The position numbers and the translations under genes are program-made. The notes under the pieces were generated by a model that worked only from the letters and a program-made list of their open reading frames with translations, made no database searches and was not told where the DNA came from. Below are positions 59,911 to 64,000 of a stretch of 64,000 nt of DNA, in pieces. This DNA comes from an uncultured Methanosarcinaceae archaeon (GTDB taxonomy: Archaea; Halobacteriota; Methanosarcinia; Methanosarcinales; Methanosarcinaceae), in the NCBI GenBank assembly GCA_963733675.1, contig CAVTET010000001.1:480001-544000 (forward strand), read 5' to 3'. The number at the start of each line of letters is the position of its first letter. The stretch's first letter is position 1.

Positions 59911-59933
59911 CTGAGTAAATTAGGAGGATTTTC

Positions 59934-61295
59934 ATGCATATAAACCCTTATGAAATTATGGAAACAATCCGGATGGTCAGAATGGAACACCTGGATATAA
60001 GGACAGTAACACTGGGAATCAGCCTCAGAGACTGTAGCCATCCTAATATAGAAACTTTCAATGAGAATATCTATGATAAAATAACTGCCCATGCAAAAAG
60101 GCTTGTCAGCACAACGAATGAAATTCAGAGTTTCTATGGAATTCCTATAATCAACAAAAGAATTTCTGTAACTCCAATAGCCATAGTGGCTGAAAGTTGT
60201 AAAGATCCGGATTTTGTTTCCGTTGCAAAAACGATGGATGAAGCTGCAAAAGATACAGGTGTCGATTTTATTGGAGGATTTAGTGCCCTTGTCCACAAAG
60301 GCACAACTCCGGGAGACCTGAAACTCATTAATTCTATTCCCGAATCCCTCGCAAGTACTGAAACAGTTTGCTCGTCAGTAAATGTTGCTACCACAAGAGC
60401 CGGGATTAATATGGATGCTATTGGCTTGATGGGAAATGTCATCAAAAAAACTGCAGAACTGACTGCTGATAGAGATGGAATTGGCTGTGCCAAACTTGTG
60501 ATCTTTGCCAATGCCCCGGAAGATAATCCCTTCATGGCCGGAGCCTTTCACGGAATTGGTGAACCTGAGTGCGTGATCAATGTGGGTGTAAGCGGACCAG
60601 GTGTTATAAATGCTGCCATTCGGGAACTTGGAACCCCGAATCTCACGGAAATTTCAGAGACTATCAAAAAGACAACCTTTAAAATAACTCGTATGGGAGA
60701 AATGATAGGAAAGGAAGTTTCTCGTAGGCTCGGAATTGAGTTCGGAATCCTTGATTTATCTCTAGCTCCGACTCCTGCAATAGGGGACAGCGTTGCTGCC
60801 ATTCTGGAAGCAATGGGACTCGAACGCTGTGGGACCCATGGAACGACTGCAGCACTTGCCCTTCTGAATGATGCAGTAAAAAAAGGGGGTGCAATGGCAT
60901 CTTCCTCCGTAGGGGGTCTGAGTGGGGCTTTCATTCCTGTAAGTGAGGACGCGGGCATGATAGAAGCTGTTGAAGCTGGAGCTCTCACCCTCGAAAAACT
61001 AGAAGCCATGACAAGCGTCTGTTCAGTCGGCCTGGATATGATCGCAGTGCCTGGAGATACGCCTACATCCACCCTTTCTGCAATCATAGCTGACGAGATG
61101 GCAATAGGGGTAATTAACAGAAAAACAACTGCTGTAAGGATCATTCCAGCTCCTGGAAAAGGAGTTGGGGACTTCGTTGAATTTGGCGGGTTACTTGGAC
61201 GTGCACCTATTATGTCTGTAAGCAATTTCAGTTCGGAAATTTTTGTAAAGCGGGGGGGAAGAATCCCGGCTCCAATTCAGTCATTGACAAACTGA
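59934..61295 (+). CDS. DUF711 / UPF0210 PFL-like family protein
   Basis: [64 protein letters not shown]. Confidence 0.92.
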   Translation: MHINPYEIMETIRMVRMEHLDIRTVTLGISLRDCSHPNIETFNENIYDKITAHAKRLVSTTNEIQSFYGIPIINKRISVTPIAIVAESCKDPDFVSVAKTMDEAAKDTGVDFIGGFSALVHKGTTPGDLKLINSIPESLASTETVCSSVNVATTRAGINMDAIGLMGNVIKKTAELTADRDGIGCAKLVIFANAPEDNPFMAGAFHGIGEPECVINVGVSGPGVINAAIRELGTPNLTEISETIKKTTFKITRMGEMIGKEVSRRLGIEFGILDLSLAPTPAIGDSVAAILEAMGLERCGTHGTTAALALLNDAVKKGGAMASSSVGGLSGAFIPVSEDAGMIEAVEAGALTLEKLEAMTSVCSVGLDMIAVPGDTPTSTLSAIIADEMAIGVINRKTTAVRIIPAPGKGVGDFVEFGGLLGRAPIMSVSNFSSEIFVKRGGRIPAPIQSLTN

Positions 61296-61479
61296 AGTAT
61301 TATTTTTAAAATAAAGTAGCCATTCAGCTTGCCAATATGCAGTCCACTGAACGTAATTTAGAATCCCAGCTGACTAGTATTTTCCAATTCTAATGAAAAT
61401 GAAAAATACAATTAACAAACCACAGAGAATTCCGATTTACATCTAACTTTTTTTATCGAGAATTCTGTTCAAACCTTTC

Positions 61480-61865
61480 TCACTAAAGTTTATATTTTAC
61501 CTTATTTTTGCTTCATTTTATCGAAGTTTATCCGCTTTTGCAGATCCAGGATTTGACTGGATAAAAGTAGCTTCCTGCATCCGTCTCTTTTTTATTTTCA
61601 AAACAAAAAAACCAAATTAACTTTGAAACTGGCCCCATATTTCCTCTTCTTTGTGGTTATCAATCATAATTTTTATAAATTAATAGACTGGGATACTGTC
61701 TGTTATGTACTCTGGAAAACCAAAAAAATCCTGAAAAAATTCGATCAATACACTGTTTCTCAAGTTCAAAGTCTGAAAGATTTTCCATTGTTGTAAAACA
61801 AGCATTTTGAACATAATAATATGTATGAGAAAATGGTTTTGTTGAAAAGTATGGGCTCAAAAAAG
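61480..61865 (-). mobile_element. IS5-family transposase remnant, copy C
   Basis: LSDFELEKQCIDRIF and MQEATFIQSNPGSAKADKLR*NEAKIR. Confidence 0.78.
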
Positions 61866-61929
61866 GTTATAGAGTTTGTATAGAGTCTACTTTTCACCTA
61901 AAAATAAGTTTTAACAAAATAATAAAAGT

Positions 61930-62500
61930 CAAAAAAGTTCCTCCATTACTTGATCTCCAAAAGTTATGTATATGGGTTTCTCAAAGTTACTAACTCCTAA
62001 TGTTCTGTAGCTTATCAATGATGTGATCTCTACGGTATCCATGCCTACCAAATCTAGATCTAGTTATGTGAAGAGCTATACTTATCCAGTCCAAATTTAG
62101 ATATGTTCCTTCAGATCACAAACAGAAAATTGACTGCTCCAAACATCCGAGAAAATCGTCTCCATGATGCTCCCAAAAATTTCAAACGTCCTATAAGGTA
62201 CTATTGTATGGGATTTTTAAAGATTTGAGAAGTCGCAAATTTCTTTCTGGTTAGACATTTGCCAGATTCCTTGATCCTAAAATCACTTATGGGCTTATAG
62301 CCAATAAAACCTATTAATGAGTTATTGATATCCAAATCTTTTCTTTTATGTTTGCTAAAGATCTCATAAAAATCAAGTTTTTTATAAAAAATGGAACATC
62401 AAGAGTCTATCTGATAGGAACGCATATGTCTTTTGAAGAGATTGAAGGGAACGTCTTATGCATTGCGTTTGTATCCCTTGGATCAAATAACACAAAAAAG
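61930..62500 (-). mobile_element. IS1634-family-like transposase remnant
   Basis: Minus-strand fragments KLDFYEIFSKHKRKDLDINN, YLNLDWIS and GRHGYRRDH..DKLQ, resembling the family GYSRDHRPD..Q motif. Confidence 0.65.
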
Positions 62501-62659
62501 AGGGTAACCACTTGACTCAATTGTAAAAATTAGGTTAAAGAGTCTTTGATGTCCTTTTTTTTCTTCTTTATAAGGTAATTTTAGTCTTTCTGATCTTTTT
62601 GCCAAAAAAATGAATATCAGTGGGGATAGTTTTATAAATTACAAGTGTCTTTGTATAGC

Positions 62660-62974
62660 TGATGAGCTAGTCCGGGTAGCCCGGCGTTACCTGTAACCCG
62701 AAATCGTCGATACGCGGGGGACGAAACCGAGAGAAGATGCGTCGAAGAAATTCCAGCCTGAAGCCTCAACTGAGAAGCTTCGTCCTGTTTGGATGGTGCA
62801 GGTATGCGGGTTTGCTGGAAAACAGATCTTCGTACCCTAACTGCGGAAATCGGTCGAGGCCCGGAAGGGAGCAGACTCACTGTGGGCAACTGTCGCTGAC
62901 GGGGGCACGGGGTGGAGAAGAGGGTCCAGTCTCCTGGGATCTCCAAGATTCAACGACTTGAGGCATGCTCATCA
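62660..62974 (+). ncRNA. ffs: Archaeal SRP (7S) RNA
   Basis: Ends pair (TGATGAGC / GCTCATCA); Alu-like CCTGTAACCC; helix 8 motif GAGGCCCGGAAGGGAGCAG; about 315 nt; TATA TTTATAAA at 62631. Confidence 0.95.
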
Positions 62975-63110
62975 CTTAAAATTATTTACAGCTAGTTTTA
63001 ATTATATAATTAATGATGCTGCAGGAAAAATAGTTTATGAGAAATACCTCTCTGAAAAGAATTAAATATATAAAATGCGTTTAAGAAATGCATTTTTAAT
63101 TCATCTAAGT

Positions 63111-63195
63111 GACGAGATAGCCAAGCCCGGTATGGCGCGGGATTGCTAATCCCGTGATGTTTCACATCTCGGGGGTTCGAATCCCCCTCTCGTCG
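63111..63195 (+). tRNA. tRNA-Ser(GCT)
   Basis: GACGAGA / TCTCGTC acceptor stem, CGGGA-TT GCT AA-TCCCG anticodon arm, long variable arm, GGTTCGAATCC. Confidence 0.96.
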
Positions 63196-64000
63196 TTTAA
63201 TTTTTCAACATTTCTGATTTCCATACCCATCTAGCTATTAATTCTCCATTTTGTTTAGTGGCATTCCTGTGTAGATTTTGGATAAAATTTCACTTTATAT
63301 TTTTTATACAAGAATATTGTTTTTAAAAATAAAATTAATTTAACAGCACAAATTACGTTTGGAATGAAACCTCATATTTTCATCAAAAAGCACTTTGATA
63401 GTTTTCAAAAATTTTATTAAAATAATTTAGGACTTGCCAGTTTCCTAAGTATATAATCTAAAAAATATTTGAATATAGAATTTTGATTTATTTTCAACAT
63501 TTTCCTTTCTAATTTCTGACATACTTATAACTAATTTTCCTGTTATCTACATAATCTACCAAATTAAATATTACCAATTAAATTAAAATTATTTATATAA
63601 GTTTAAGTGATCCGGCTGATATTTAATATCAAAAAGTTGATTTTGTGAGCTGCAGGTGAGGAAATGCCTGCAGCCAACTAGAAGGTTTGCTCGAAAGACT
63701 AGAAAACCTTTAAATTATAACTATATTTAAATAGATTTTGTATTTTTTGCATATGTTCTTGGTTGTTTTAATTAAAACTAATTAGTAATAAAATTACGTA
63801 ATTCTTGGCTCATTGATTATAACACCTGCGCCTTTTCCAGCCAGTTAATAAATGACTTGATCTTAGCCCATCCAGTAGGTTTTTAACACTTCCTTGCGAT
63901 ATTTACACTGGCCTATCAATAAAATGTCTTTAAAGGCCCTCTGATCATTCATTTATGACTTAACCAGTTTACCCGCAGCCTTCAAGCCTAAACAAAATTT

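Noticed and set aside
62632-62961. ORFs of 104 aa (-) and 74 aa (+)
   Set aside because: Shadows of the GC-rich SRP RNA.

Overview
This is an archaeal chromosome segment whose gene content and protein sequences point to Methanosarcina (inferred from sequence, no database search). The core genes are: aconitase, phosphoglucosamine/phosphomannomutase, the archaeal mevalonate trio (PMDh-S, PMDh-L, UbiD-type AMP decarboxylase) with a B12/radical SAM gene, citrate synthase, rhomboid, a PhoU regulator, hisS, class II lysS, the tRNA-Lys-rpoH-B''-B'-A'-A''-L30e-nusA-S12-S7-EF2-EF1a-S10 cluster, DUF1015, a fold-III Orn/Lys decarboxylase, dUTPase, a radical SAM gene, a split glutamate synthase with an FrhB-like subunit, an ACT + DUF711 pair, SRP RNA and tRNA-Ser. 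Many of the long AT-rich spacers are filled with decayed IS elements (IS5 x4, IS6, IS1341/tnpB x2, IS110, IS630, IS701, IS1634) and pseudogenes. The best leads are: (1) an otherwise intact decarboxylase with one in-frame TAG, a candidate pyrrolysine readthrough; (2) a GC-rich structured RNA between the promoter and tRNA-Lys at the head of the RNA polymerase cluster; (3) an apparently non-canonical start codon for rpoB''; (4) a GGAA-N6-TTCC palindrome in front of the uncharacterised ACT/DUF711 operon, which is divergent from glutamate synthase; (5) tnpB relics that keep their right-end/omega-RNA region.
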